64,000 bases of DNA. Source: a virus. Its lineage: Duplodnaviria; Heunggongvirae; Uroviricota; Caudoviricetes. A program made the position numbers and the translations under genes. Shown here piece after piece: positions 36,167 to 45,338 of this stretch. The stretch covers positions 16,253 to 80,252 of IMG/VR virus record IMGVR_UViG_3300013121_000049; one strand, 5' to 3'. Each line of letters opens with the position of its first letter. Positions within the stretch are counted from its first letter, which is position 1. A model generated the notes under the pieces. The model was not told where the DNA came from. It saw nothing but the letters and a program-made list of their open reading frames with translations, and ran no database searches.

Positions 36167-36513
36167 CTGCGAAAACATTGGGAGAAATCATCGACGCCGT
36201 GCGAGACGGCGAGCGCCCAGATTATGAAGACCTGCGATACGCTGTTTGCGCCATGGACGCCTTGATGACTTTCGATCGGATGGCTCTATCCAGCCTTCAT
36301 CAAGCCGAGGCGGAGGGGCAGCGGAGGATCCTGACGCGCAGCGCTATCTGGCAGTCGGAAGAGAACTACAATCGGGTGAAACGCGCCTTGGAGAAGCCGC
36401 CCAAAGAGTATGTCGGCTGGAGCAATGACCCCGACAACCCCGAGTTTCTGGAGCGCCGACGAAAGTCGATTAGGGCCATGAAATCGCTCTTGGAAGGGCA
36501 GGGTAAAACATGA
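36163..36513 (+). CDS. Hypothetical protein
   Basis: MTAKTLGEII...; ATGA coupling. Confidence 0.7.
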   Translation: MTAKTLGEIIDAVRDGERPDYEDLRYAVCAMDALMTFDRMALSSLHQAEAEGQRRILTRSAIWQSEENYNRVKRALEKPPKEYVGWSNDPDNPEFLERRRKSIRAMKSLLEGQGKT

Positions 36514-37022
36514 CCGCATACCGCCTCTGCCCCAACTGCCGGGGCTACAACTTGGAACGCCAGTGGTGCCAGACCTGCAAGACGCTGGGCTACCTTGAAG
36601 ACAAGGACGCCGCGCCGCGCGACCCCGCCAACCGGGGGACGCGCATCGTTCGTCCGACCCACTACCTTTCCCCGGGCCAACCCTTGCACCGGGGGACCAT
36701 CCATGCGGCAATCACCGATTTGCACCTGACCGCCGGCGATGTCGTCTGGGTCGCTTGCCCGGAGCAAGGAGTCGATCTGCTCCCCTATCAGGTGGACCCG
36801 GCTGAAGTCGCCGTCGCCCGGGCGACGGAAACCTCCCTGGACCGCCAAGCGGAGTACGAAGCCCGGATAGGCGCGGAAACCCTGGCCGCGTCTACTTGCG
36901 ACCCGGCGTTCGAAGAGATGTCGCAGCGCGTTATCGATGCCTGCATGACCCAAGCCAGTCAGGATGCCGATCTGCAGTCCTCCCTGTCAGGCTGCATTGA
37001 TCTCTCTCCCTCATCTGATTGA
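36510..37022 (+). CDS. Hypothetical protein with N-terminal Zn finger
   Basis: CPNC...CQTC. Confidence 0.65.
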   Translation: MTAYRLCPNCRGYNLERQWCQTCKTLGYLEDKDAAPRDPANRGTRIVRPTHYLSPGQPLHRGTIHAAITDLHLTAGDVVWVACPEQGVDLLPYQVDPAEVAVARATETSLDRQAEYEARIGAETLAASTCDPAFEEMSQRVIDACMTQASQDADLQSSLSGCIDLSPSSD

Positions 37023-37032
37023 AGAATTCCCT

Positions 37033-37389
37033 ATGAACGACCACATCCTGGGCGCCATCGAGCGCCTGAAGAAATCCTACTTCGGCCGTCTCATGCGAGA
37101 CCGCAACCGTGCAGTTGGCTTTGCCATGGGCAACGTCCCTGTGCCGGACCTGGTGGAAGTTGTCAGTTACGCGGAAGAGGCCGTCGTCGGGCTCCCCCGT
37201 ATCGCAGGCGATGAGAAAGGCCATGCGACCTTTGAGTGGTGGTGTGGCGACCGCAAGATTACGGTCTGCCCGACACGCGGCGTCTTGCTCAAGGTGTACC
37301 TTTCCGGCGATTCCGCCGAGGTCGAGGACGTTCCGCTGACTGACTGGAAAGCCGTGCAACTGGCATTCAACTGGCTGCGGGAGGGCTGA
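37033..37389 (+). CDS. Hypothetical protein
   Basis: MNDHILGAIE... Confidence 0.65.
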   Translation: MNDHILGAIERLKKSYFGRLMRDRNRAVGFAMGNVPVPDLVEVVSYAEEAVVGLPRIAGDEKGHATFEWWCGDRKITVCPTRGVLLKVYLSGDSAEVEDVPLTDWKAVQLAFNWLREG

Positions 37390-37391
37390 CC

Positions 37392-37766
37392 GTGCTGCCC
37401 TGGGTCAACACGCTGTGGTCGCGTGCATGCCTTAACGCCATGCTGGTGCGCCACCCGGACTCCCCCCGGCTGTGGTCTGTCCGCCAGATCGAAGTCGACC
37501 GCTTCACGTATACGCCGGCCGTGACCTACGGAGAAGGCTGCCGGCAACAACGATTCTATCGACTGATCTGGTTCCTCAAACACTTGCCAGACCGTAAGCG
37601 CACCGACGGTCAGGCCATGGAGTTCCCCTTGGTTGACTACGCCGAACGGTTCTCTTACTTTCGCGGTGAAGAGCCCGTCCTGCTGAAGGGTCTGGTTGAC
37701 CAGATGCACGCAGACGGGTGGGACACCTCCGACCTCATCCCACAACAACAAGAGACTGTCTCATGA
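37392..37766 (+). CDS. Hypothetical protein
   Basis: GGAGG RBS; coupled. Confidence 0.65.
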   Translation: MLPWVNTLWSRACLNAMLVRHPDSPRLWSVRQIEVDRFTYTPAVTYGEGCRQQRFYRLIWFLKHLPDRKRTDGQAMEFPLVDYAERFSYFRGEEPVLLKGLVDQMHADGWDTSDLIPQQQETVS

Positions 37767-38005
37767 CCCCCCCTGCTTACGAAATCATCGACTCCGCCAT
37801 TCTCGACGCTGTTCTCGGCGCCCGGTCTCCGCTGACCGATACCCGCGTTTGCGCCCTGGCGGAAGCACTGGCCCGCGTGACCAAGCGCGAAGCCTTCCGC
37901 GTCATCGACGCCCGCCTGCAGTCCTTGCGCAAGGCCGGCAAGATCCACTACGTCCGCAACGCCCAGGTCAGCAAGGGCGAGTGGCGGTTGGGAGCCAAGA
38001 AGTAA
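37763..38005 (+). CDS. Small winged-HTH-like phage protein
   Basis: YEIIDSAILDAV...FRVIDARLQSLRKAGKI. Confidence 0.55.
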   Translation: MTPPAYEIIDSAILDAVLGARSPLTDTRVCALAEALARVTKREAFRVIDARLQSLRKAGKIHYVRNAQVSKGEWRLGAKK

Positions 38006-38259
38006 TGGACCGCCACCAGTGGTGCTACCGCAACCCGTACTCCCGGCGCTGCAAGACCTGCGGCAAACGGGAGGACATATACTCCAACAACGGCCACCTG
38101 GAATGGGAGACCGTGTATCCGTTGGTGGATAATCCCTGCGGGCCCCTGACGACGTGGGAGGTCGTCTGGCAGGTTCTCTCCCGGGCGCTTTTCCTGATCG
38201 CCTTTGTGGGCGTCATCGACTGGCTCGGTTTCCTGATTCTGGAGAAGATCACCGGGTGA
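38005..38259 (+). CDS. Small protein with Cys motif and C-terminal TM helix
   Basis: CYRNP...CKTCG; VLSRALFLIAFVGVIDWLGFLIL. Confidence 0.6.
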   Translation: MDRHQWCYRNPYSRRCKTCGKREDIYSNNGHLEWETVYPLVDNPCGPLTTWEVVWQVLSRALFLIAFVGVIDWLGFLILEKITG

Positions 38260-38264
38260 TGCCG

Positions 38265-38302
38265 GGTATAAGACAACAGGGCGCCATGCCCTGTTTCTTT
38301 TT
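38265..38302 (+). promoter_or_regulatory. GGTATAAG promoter overlapping a terminator hairpin
   Basis: GGTATAAG at 38265-38272, then ACAGGGC-GCCAT-GCCCTGT-TTCTTTTT at 38276-38302. Confidence 0.65.
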
Positions 38303-38312
38303 AGGGGAAAAC

Positions 38313-38594
38313 ATGACCCTGTACATCGAAGACGACCACCCGGGACGCTATGCCTGGATCGAGACCGCCTTGCAAGAGATCCAAGCCGTTAATATGTCCT
38401 TCTCGGTGATCACGCACCCCTGTCCGAACTGCAAGTGTCCCGTCCGGTATCCGCTGATCGTCCGCCAGACCGACCTGGACATGATGGAGAAATTGAAGGC
38501 ATCGATCGACCGGGTCTGCGACAAGCACGGCATCACCGTTCTCCTGCTCCAGGAAGTCCTGCGGGACATCCGCAACGCCAAGAGGAAGCCATGA
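38313..38594 (+). CDS. Hypothetical protein with CPNC motif
   Basis: AGGGG RBS. Confidence 0.65.
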   Translation: MTLYIEDDHPGRYAWIETALQEIQAVNMSFSVITHPCPNCKCPVRYPLIVRQTDLDMMEKLKASIDRVCDKHGITVLLLQEVLRDIRNAKRKP

Positions 38595-39136
38595 ATCTCT
38601 ACACCACGCTCCGTCAAGTCAGCCGATATGAGCCCTGCTTGGGCGGGCGGACTGCGTTACAGGAAAAGGTCGAGGGCGCCGATACCGAGTTGTCGGTCCG
38701 CCGCGCGCTGACCGAAGACCCGCCCCTGCTGGTCACCCACGTTATCTGGGGGCTGCGCGCCGCCCAGGTCGTCGGCGTCGACAATCGGGCGGACGCCCTC
38801 CCCGAATTCCGGGCAAAGGTGCACGCCCTGATTCGCGCCGCCCGGACCTGGGTCGTGCGCTACCTCTACCGGCAAGACCGCGATCACTGGAGCAACGTGC
38901 CGGTGAAGTGGGAGGAAAACTTCGCCTACGAGGCGCGGATGGCCGGTCTGGACAACTCCGTGGACGAGTGGGCCACCCTGGCGTCCCTGCTCTGGCGCGT
39001 CGCCTCCCAGGTCATCTTCGTTGCAGAGACCCTTTGGGGGAATGATCGCCCGTATTTCAGCGAAAAGCTGGACGCAGCCTACGACAAGTGGCTGGCCGCG
39101 CGCCTCCTCCGGGACTTCGGAGACGGCCATGCCTAG
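38591..39136 (+). CDS. Distant member of the DVYWALR-like family
   Basis: TTLRQV...EPC...LVTHVIWGLRAA. Confidence 0.6.
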   Translation: MNLYTTLRQVSRYEPCLGGRTALQEKVEGADTELSVRRALTEDPPLLVTHVIWGLRAAQVVGVDNRADALPEFRAKVHALIRAARTWVVRYLYRQDRDHWSNVPVKWEENFAYEARMAGLDNSVDEWATLASLLWRVASQVIFVAETLWGNDRPYFSEKLDAAYDKWLAARLLRDFGDGHA

Positions 39137-39344
39137 CTGGCACCAGATGCAGGCGGCGCGCACCCCGCTGTGGCACGCCGAGAAGTGGACGGTCGTTGAA
39201 GACCGGGACTTCCTGTCGGTGTCGCGCTGGGCTACCGCCGAGGAGGCTGCCGCCCACTTGCAGGGCTTGAAGAAAAACCACCCGGATATCCGTGCCTACG
39301 TCCTGCCTCCCAAAGGAGAGAGCCATGCCCAAGCAGTTCCCTGA
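39129..39344 (+). CDS. Small hypothetical protein
   Basis: Coupled ORF MPSWHQ... Confidence 0.55.
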   Translation: MPSWHQMQAARTPLWHAEKWTVVEDRDFLSVSRWATAEEAAAHLQGLKKNHPDIRAYVLPPKGESHAQAVP

Positions 39345-39786
39345 AGTCGACTGCAGCCGCGGCGCACCGTTCGGCCGCCGCCACGCGCCGACCCTGATGC
39401 CACCCGTCCGCTGCTTCCGTGTCAGGATGGTCGGCGGAGACTACGACGACGGCGGCGCCTACTGGGGAGGCGGCGGACTGCCCTTGTGGTGCATCCGCGA
39501 TGAAGACGGCAACGAGCAGTTCTACCGGGCGTCCTGCCGGCTTGGCGCGCTCAGCATCGGCGGCTACACCCGTGACGACGTTAGCCCGCGCGGGCGTGCC
39601 GGTGTGCCGCACTGCTTCGCCCAGGCAGAGTTCCGCCGCAAGGACGACTTTACCCGCGTCTTCCGTTACTTCGGCGGAGAGAACACCTTGGACGTGTACA
39701 ACGCGGTCAGCCATTACGTGAGCCAATACGGCAAGCACCTGACCCTGGTCGAGACGCGCTTCAACAAGGGCGTTCGAGAATATTAG
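39325..39786 (+). CDS. Conserved phage hypothetical protein (GAPxGR...YDxGGAYWG)
   Basis: SRGAPFGR...GDYDDGGAYWGGGGLPLW. Confidence 0.7.
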   Translation: MPKQFPEVDCSRGAPFGRRHAPTLMPPVRCFRVRMVGGDYDDGGAYWGGGGLPLWCIRDEDGNEQFYRASCRLGALSIGGYTRDDVSPRGRAGVPHCFAQAEFRRKDDFTRVFRYFGGENTLDVYNAVSHYVSQYGKHLTLVETRFNKGVREY

Positions 39787-39787
39787 G

Positions 39788-39795
39788 GGTATAAG
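39788..39795 (+). promoter_or_regulatory. GGTATAAG promoter motif
   Basis: Intergenic, upstream of 39834. Confidence 0.7.
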
Positions 39796-39833
39796 CATTT
39801 AGGTCAAACCGACCTTTTCCTGCCGAGGTAAAT

Positions 39834-40202
39834 ATGAGCTATGCCATTCTGACACGTACTCTTTCCGGCGCCGTTCTCGCCGAGTTTGTAGACCGTACCG
39901 AAGACTCCCTGTTGTTTACGAAGGAGGGCGAGAACATGCACGAGCGCGCCGCCCTCGCCCTGTTGGCTCGGCACGGTATTACGCCGCTCCCGACTCAAAA
40001 AACAACGGTTGCTTGGCCGCCCGTCCAGCGGCAGTACCAGTGGTCCGCGTACCTTTTTGTCAGCCTGTCCCCTGAAGTCGTCGACGCCCTGGAACAGGGA
40101 CAGAACTGCGTGCGGGTCATCGTCGACTCCCGTATGGGAGACGAAAGTGACACCGCCTTCATGGAAGCCGCCAATCGCGTCCTGGAGCCCCTTCATGGCT
40201 AA
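39834..40202 (+). CDS. Hypothetical protein
   Basis: GAGGT RBS. Confidence 0.7.
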   Translation: MSYAILTRTLSGAVLAEFVDRTEDSLLFTKEGENMHERAALALLARHGITPLPTQKTTVAWPPVQRQYQWSAYLFVSLSPEVVDALEQGQNCVRVIVDSRMGDESDTAFMEAANRVLEPLHG

Positions 40203-40494
40203 AAAGGTCTTCGTGCAGGTCCGGGTCGAGATCCTGGACGGTCGCCGGAGCCCGCTGGCCGTGTTTCCCGGCATTCGCGGCAGCCGGACGCTGCCAAGGT
40301 CATGCGAAGCCTACAGCAGCCGGGAAGGCCATGTTCCGGTCGATCCTGACTGGGTATTCTCCAGCACCCGGCACGCCACGGACGAAGAAACTCAGGAAAT
40401 GCTCAGGCGGTTGCGCAACCTGGGCTATGCCTGTCTGGCGCCGATCAAACGTATCTTTCCCCACCACTGGTGGTTTTCAGGAGACAAGTCATGA
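40195..40494 (+). CDS. Hypothetical protein
   Basis: MAKKVFVQ...; coupled. Confidence 0.6.
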   Translation: MAKKVFVQVRVEILDGRRSPLAVFPGIRGSRTLPRSCEAYSSREGHVPVDPDWVFSSTRHATDEETQEMLRRLRNLGYACLAPIKRIFPHHWWFSGDKS

Positions 40495-41549
40495 GTTCGC
40501 ATCGCTTCCACTTTGACATCTACCGCGACGGCGCGCGCGTCAATTCCGAGGACGAGCCCTACGTCATCACAGCGCCTTCCATTGACGAGGCCACCGTCAA
40601 GGCTGCGCAGCTCCCCCAGGCGCAGAACGGCGTGGTGGTCGTCCTGCCGTCCTCCCCCGGCCTGGCGCCGCCGCTGAGCGGCCGCTCCGCCAAGGACTGG
40701 GACGTCATCTACGACTACCTGCGCGCGCATGACTTCGACAGCGAAGCCGACTACCTCAAACGGTCAGTCGAGACTGCCGTGCACTACCAGCAGAGGTCGG
40801 AGGACCAGAGCAATCGCCTTCACACGATGGAAGGGCGGCTTCGCGAGCTTCTGGAGTTTCTCCGCGAGGTGTTCGGACGGGACTCCGAGTACGATGATGA
40901 CGGCGCGTTGAGCGGAGATCTCATCGAGACCTCCCGGCACTTCAGCATGCTCATGGACGCCCTGCGGGACGAAGCGCGTGCCGGCGCCTGCTGGAATTCC
41001 GTGTGGATGACCCATTTGTCTTCCCATGTGCGCGGCGTGACCCGCTTCCTCTCCCGGCTGTCGTGCACGCAGAGCTATGCCGGGGAAAGGCCGGGGGAGC
41101 TGTACGAGGCCATTCGGCGACTCAACTACGCCATGACGATCCAGAACGCCAAGCCAATCCAGATGCGCGTAGACGACTGGGTGCGCGACTGCTTTGGGCA
41201 CGACGTGGCCGAGCACCGCGGCGAGCGCGTCTCGCGGTTCATGGAGGAGGCGCTGGAGCTGGCGCAGGCCAGCGGCGAGTTCACCGCCGCACACGCCCAT
41301 CAGATGGTGGACTACGTGTTCAGCCGGCCCAAGGGAGAGGTTCCCCAGGAAATCGCCGGGGTCGCCATCACCCTGATGGCGCTGGCCAATGCCTGGCGGC
41401 AGGATGTCGGTCAGGTCTCCCAAGCCGAACTCATTCGCTGCGAAGCCTACACCAAAGACATCCGCGACAAGCAGTTCACCAAACCGGCCATCGGCCTGAC
41501 GCCGCGACGGTACCAAGAGTACCGCAAGCCCTGGGGAGACAAGCCATGA
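40491..41549 (+). CDS. Protein with C-terminal MazG-like (all-alpha NTP pyrophosphohydrolase) domain
   Basis: ERVSRFMEEALELAQA...VDYVFSRPKGEVPQEIAGVAITLMAL. Confidence 0.65.
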   Translation: MSSHRFHFDIYRDGARVNSEDEPYVITAPSIDEATVKAAQLPQAQNGVVVVLPSSPGLAPPLSGRSAKDWDVIYDYLRAHDFDSEADYLKRSVETAVHYQQRSEDQSNRLHTMEGRLRELLEFLREVFGRDSEYDDDGALSGDLIETSRHFSMLMDALRDEARAGACWNSVWMTHLSSHVRGVTRFLSRLSCTQSYAGERPGELYEAIRRLNYAMTIQNAKPIQMRVDDWVRDCFGHDVAEHRGERVSRFMEEALELAQASGEFTAAHAHQMVDYVFSRPKGEVPQEIAGVAITLMALANAWRQDVGQVSQAELIRCEAYTKDIRDKQFTKPAIGLTPRRYQEYRKPWGDKP

Positions 41550-41968
41550 CTGTGGACGCCAAGGCGCTGGTCAAATACCTGCGGGAGAAGACCAGCCCCA
41601 ACCAGAACACCGTGGCGCCCTGGGACAGCCAGTTGGCGCATGACCTCAACCTGACTGTCGAGGAGGGCGCGGCTATCCGCGCTCTCTGGCGGTCGTACAC
41701 GCTGGCCAAGGCCGTGGATCTGTTCCTGCCGAAGACAGCGGAATGGCTGCGCAGCCTTCACAATCCGCCGCTGCGTACGCATGTCCGCCTGATGGCCATC
41801 AACGAGCTCGCCGGGTTCAGCGGGGTCGAGAACAGTCGCCATACCTGGTGGCTCAACGCCGGCGACCTGTACACCCCCACTTTGGCGACCAAGGACGGCA
41901 TACGTCTGCGGGTCGTCACCGAGGCCGATCTCCGGGAGATGGGTTGGCTGAAAGGAGATGCGCCGTGA
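41546..41968 (+). CDS. Conserved phage hypothetical protein
   Basis: MAINELAGFSGVE...WLNAGDLYTPT motif. Confidence 0.7.
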   Translation: MTVDAKALVKYLREKTSPNQNTVAPWDSQLAHDLNLTVEEGAAIRALWRSYTLAKAVDLFLPKTAEWLRSLHNPPLRTHVRLMAINELAGFSGVENSRHTWWLNAGDLYTPTLATKDGIRLRVVTEADLREMGWLKGDAP

Positions 41969-42336
41969 CCAAGCCCGAACCGTTTCAAATCGAGGAGCCT
42001 CTTTCCTGGGAGCAGTTCGTCGTCCTGCTGGGCATCCTCTGGATGACCGATGACGACGACGTGAGCTTCGCGGGTTTCACGAACTACCTGACGGCGGCCT
42101 ACATCTACGATTTCGAGCATAGCCGCGACAGTCGCTTCGACCACATCGAGCGCCTGATTTGCGGGTGGGAGGCCATCGATGGTGACGAGCGTGTCGACAA
42201 CGTGCCGATCCGCTTGCACTCCCGGGTTCAGGACTGGCTCGAAGGCAACCGTCCGGTCCAGGACGTCAACGATTTCCTGGCCTGGGCCTGGGACAACTTC
42301 ATCCTCTGGGAGAAAGAAAATGCCAACGCCGCGTAG
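41965..42336 (+). CDS. Acidic hypothetical protein
   Basis: AAGGAG RBS, GTG start. Confidence 0.65.
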   Translation: MTKPEPFQIEEPLSWEQFVVLLGILWMTDDDDVSFAGFTNYLTAAYIYDFEHSRDSRFDHIERLICGWEAIDGDERVDNVPIRLHSRVQDWLEGNRPVQDVNDFLAWAWDNFILWEKENANAA

Positions 42337-42712
42337 GCTTTACGAGGGCATCCACGCCCTGACTTGCCGGCTGTACCGCCGCCTGCGGTATATCCGCGAC
42401 ACGAACGCCGGCGATGCGGAGAACGCCGATGACGCCGAGGATGTCGAGGCTTTGATGGATCGCCTGGACGCCTTTAAGGACGAGGTCGAGGCCAGGCTGG
42501 ATGTGGATGACTGCTACGAGGAGGTTACTCTGGCAGTTCGCTGCGAAGTATCGTGGGAAGTGGATAGCCTTGACTACCCGACTATCGCCACCACGGTCAT
42601 GGACGCCGAAGACATCGCCGACGCCTGTCAGAAGGTATGGGCGGAGTTCCCCAAGGCGCGCATCCGTACGGTAAAGTTTGACTTGGTCACCACTGTCGGA
42701 GAACCGGTGTGA
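42320..42712 (+). CDS. Acidic hypothetical protein
   Basis: MPTPRRL...; coupled. Confidence 0.6.
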   Translation: MPTPRRLYEGIHALTCRLYRRLRYIRDTNAGDAENADDAEDVEALMDRLDAFKDEVEARLDVDDCYEEVTLAVRCEVSWEVDSLDYPTIATTVMDAEDIADACQKVWAEFPKARIRTVKFDLVTTVGEPV

Positions 42713-43032
42713 TTACCAGTTACCACCTGTACGCAGCCGTTGCCCTGGCGGGGGCGCTGTACTCCGGGTTTCATCAGGGAGTAGACGCCATGTGGCTGTT
42801 GGTCGGCTGCGCCGGTGTCCTGAACTACGTGGGGGACCGGCAGATGAGGTCCAGGGCCAACCGGCAGGCTATGCTGACGGCCGCCTACACGCTGGCGTAC
42901 GAGAAGATCCACGCCGGGGAGTACGATTCGGCAGACGTCGATATCCCCGCCGACAATCTCTCCACCACGGTGAAGTTCGTCGCTCCGAAACCCGACTGCC
43001 GCAAGCTGACCTTTACGATCAAGGGGGGCTGA
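42709..43032 (+). CDS. Small membrane protein
   Basis: Two N-terminal hydrophobic segments. Confidence 0.6.
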   Translation: MITSYHLYAAVALAGALYSGFHQGVDAMWLLVGCAGVLNYVGDRQMRSRANRQAMLTAAYTLAYEKIHAGEYDSADVDIPADNLSTTVKFVAPKPDCRKLTFTIKGG

Positions 43033-43036
43033 CTTT

Positions 43037-43065
43037 TCAACTCCGGACGGCCGGATTGGTATAAG
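43037..43065 (+). promoter_or_regulatory. Promoter TCAA-N13-GATTGGTATAAG
   Basis: Same spacing as the other three copies. Confidence 0.8.
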
Positions 43066-43112
43066 GATTTCAGACAGGGGCAATTTCGCCCGTACCCAAT
43101 AGGAGAACTGTC

Positions 43113-43532
43113 ATGAAAAGCCAACAATTCCTGGCCGCCCGTGCCACTACCGCCGCCGCCATCAGCGCTGCGTTCCTGCAGCTGTGGGAGCAGGGCAAGC
43201 CCTTCCCGGAGGGGGTCGAGCTGATGCCGAATGGCACCGGGTATTTCGACAAGACGGTGGACGCTTTCAAAGGTGTGGCGCCGGATCGCAACGTGGTGTA
43301 CGCCACGAAAGACCAGTATGGTCGCAAAGTGCTGGCCGTTCCGGTCCGCAACTTCGGGGCGCTCCGGAATTCGGGGCAATTTCAAGAAGGCCAAGCTCTG
43401 GTCTTCTTCGAGCGTAACCGCGGGGGCGCGGACATCGTGATTGAACAACTCACGATGTACAACAACGTGGACCAAACCCAGACCTTTAAGATGGCGGCGT
43501 TGATCGCCGACGTCGGCGACTGGCTGATCTAA
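43113..43532 (+). CDS. Hypothetical protein (monocistronic cassette)
   Basis: AGGAG RBS; own promoter and terminator. Confidence 0.75.
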   Translation: MKSQQFLAARATTAAAISAAFLQLWEQGKPFPEGVELMPNGTGYFDKTVDAFKGVAPDRNVVYATKDQYGRKVLAVPVRNFGALRNSGQFQEGQALVFFERNRGGADIVIEQLTMYNNVDQTQTFKMAALIADVGDWLI

Positions 43533-43536
43533 CCCC

Positions 43537-43563
43537 AAACCCCCGGCAACGGGGGTTTCTTTT
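43537..43563 (+). terminator. Rho-independent terminator
   Basis: AAACCCCCG-GCAA-CGGGGGTTT-CTTTT. Confidence 0.85.
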
Positions 43564-43577
43564 ACACAGGAGTGAAA

Positions 43578-44648
43578 ATGCGTCCCAACACCCACCCCGA
43601 GGTCGACGCCCTGCTGGCGGCAGGCGCTGCAGTTGCCGTGGGCGTCAGCGGCGGCAAGGACAGCCATGCCTGTGCGCTGGCCGTCGCCCGCCACCTGGAC
43701 CGCATCGGCCACGACGGCCCGCGCATCCTCATCCACGCCGATCTCGGCATGGTCGAGTGGAAGGATAGCCTGCCGTCCTGCGAGCGCCTGGCCGACCACA
43801 TCGGCTGGGAGCTTGTGGTCGTCCGTCGCCCGGCCGGCGGCATGATGGAGCGCTGGGAGAAGCGCTGGGCCAACAACGTCGACCGCTACCGGGCGCTGGA
43901 GTGCGTCAAGCTCATCCTGCCATGGTCGACGCCTGCCATGCGCTTCTGCACCAGCGAGCTCAAGGTCCAGGTCATATCCCCCTACCTGAGAAGGCGCTTT
44001 GCCGGCCGCGACGTCGTCAACGTCACCGGCATCCGCCGCCAGGAAAGCAGCAACCGGGCGAAGGCGCCGGTCGCCGTCGACAACCCGGCTGTCGTCAAGG
44101 CCGGCGGGCGAGGCATGACGTGGAACGCCATCATCGAGCACGACGTCGATCGTGTGTTCGAGTTCATCCGGGCCTGCGGCATGGACCTGCACGAAGGCTA
44201 CACCAAGTACGGCATGAGCCGGATATCCTGCGCGTTCTGCATCATGTCGAATGCCAAGGACCTCCTGCAGTCGACGACGTGCGCCGACAACCTGCCGGTC
44301 TACCAGCGCATGGTTGACCTGGAGGCAGCCAGCACCTTCGCCTTCCAGGGCAGTCAGTGGCTGGGCGATGTGGCGCCCTACCTGCTGGGCGCCGACCGCT
44401 GGAAGCGCTTGCAGGCCGCCAAGGAAGCCGCGGCGATCCGCACGATGTGGGAGAACCGGATCCCCCGGCATCTGCTGTACACCGCCGGCTGGCCGACGTG
44501 CATGCCTACGACCGCCGAAGCCGCGCTGATTGCCGACGTTCGCACCCGGGTTGCCCGGGTGGTTGGTCTGGACGGCGTTGGCTTCCTGACGGCAACCGAA
44601 GTCAGCCGGCGCTACGCCGAGCTGCTGGAGATGAAAAGTGAACGGTAG
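43578..44648 (+). CDS. PAPS reductase (phosphoadenosine phosphosulfate reductase)-family protein
   Basis: PP-loop VSGGKDS, IHADLG, RFCTSELK, GIRRQES, YGMSRISCAFCI. Confidence 0.85.
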   Translation: MRPNTHPEVDALLAAGAAVAVGVSGGKDSHACALAVARHLDRIGHDGPRILIHADLGMVEWKDSLPSCERLADHIGWELVVVRRPAGGMMERWEKRWANNVDRYRALECVKLILPWSTPAMRFCTSELKVQVISPYLRRRFAGRDVVNVTGIRRQESSNRAKAPVAVDNPAVVKAGGRGMTWNAIIEHDVDRVFEFIRACGMDLHEGYTKYGMSRISCAFCIMSNAKDLLQSTTCADNLPVYQRMVDLEAASTFAFQGSQWLGDVAPYLLGADRWKRLQAAKEAAAIRTMWENRIPRHLLYTAGWPTCMPTTAEAALIADVRTRVARVVGLDGVGFLTATEVSRRYAELLEMKSER

Positions 44649-44865
44649 AGTCGCCAAACGTATTCGCCGAATGCTGCGGGCGGAAGGCCGATTATCCCTT
44701 CCCTCTGAGTACCGCCGGGAGAAGAGGGGGTATGCAAAGAACCCCTATCATCGCCGGTATGACCGCCCTACCTATCGCCAGGCGTTGGCCTGGTGGTGGG
44801 AGTGCCAACCTTACCGGGCCAGCCTGTACTTCAGAAACCGGGGGAAGTATGTCGAGGGATTTTGA
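44638..44865 (+). CDS. Small basic hypothetical protein
   Basis: Coupled GTGA overlap. Confidence 0.5.
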   Translation: MNGRVAKRIRRMLRAEGRLSLPSEYRREKRGYAKNPYHRRYDRPTYRQALAWWWECQPYRASLYFRNRGKYVEGF

Positions 44866-45043
44866 GTACGTCCGCCGTGTCTACGGCGTCCCCGCGGAGA
44901 TGGGCCTCCGTGTCACCGTGGACAGCCATCCCGGAGTCATCGCAGCCGATCGCGGTCACTATATCGGCGTGCGGTTCGACCGAGATCCGCAGGTCGTCGT
45001 GAATTGTCATCCAACATGGGAGGTGGTCTATGGAACACGCTGA
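44849..45043 (+). CDS. Small phage protein (YxVPAxxGxRV family)
   Basis: MSRDFEYVRRVYGVPAEMGLRV...HPTWEVVY. Confidence 0.65.
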   Translation: MSRDFEYVRRVYGVPAEMGLRVTVDSHPGVIAADRGHYIGVRFDRDPQVVVNCHPTWEVVYGTR

Positions 45044-45338
45044 CTCAAGAGTGCCTTCCACCTCTTGGCTCATCGGCGGCGATGAACCCGTCACCCTGAC
45101 CGTCATCCGCTTGCCGGAGAACCGCATGCAGGTCGTCATGGTGACGTGGACCGATTGCTGGGCGCTCAACGGCCTCTACGAGGACGTCCACGTCTTGTTC
45201 CAGCGCAGCGCCACGGCGTATATCGCCAACCTGTTCTGCTGCCGCCTGCGGGTGAAGCCTTCCCCATCCCACCTGCGTCGACTGCACAAGGCAGTCAACG
45301 CCGTCAAAGAATGGAGTCAACAACATGAAACCAGCTGA
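45030..45338 (+). CDS. Hypothetical protein
   Basis: GGAGG RBS. Confidence 0.6.
   Translation: MEHADSRVPSTSWLIGGDEPVTLTVIRLPENRMQVVMVTWTDCWALNGLYEDVHVLFQRSATAYIANLFCCRLRVKPSPSHLRRLHKAVNAVKEWSQQHETS

Noticed and set aside
43578-44648. A complete Dnd/Ssp phosphorothioation or sulfate-assimilation operon
   Set aside because: Only the PAPS-reductase-family gene is present; no DndA/B/D/E, SspB-E or cys genes nearby.
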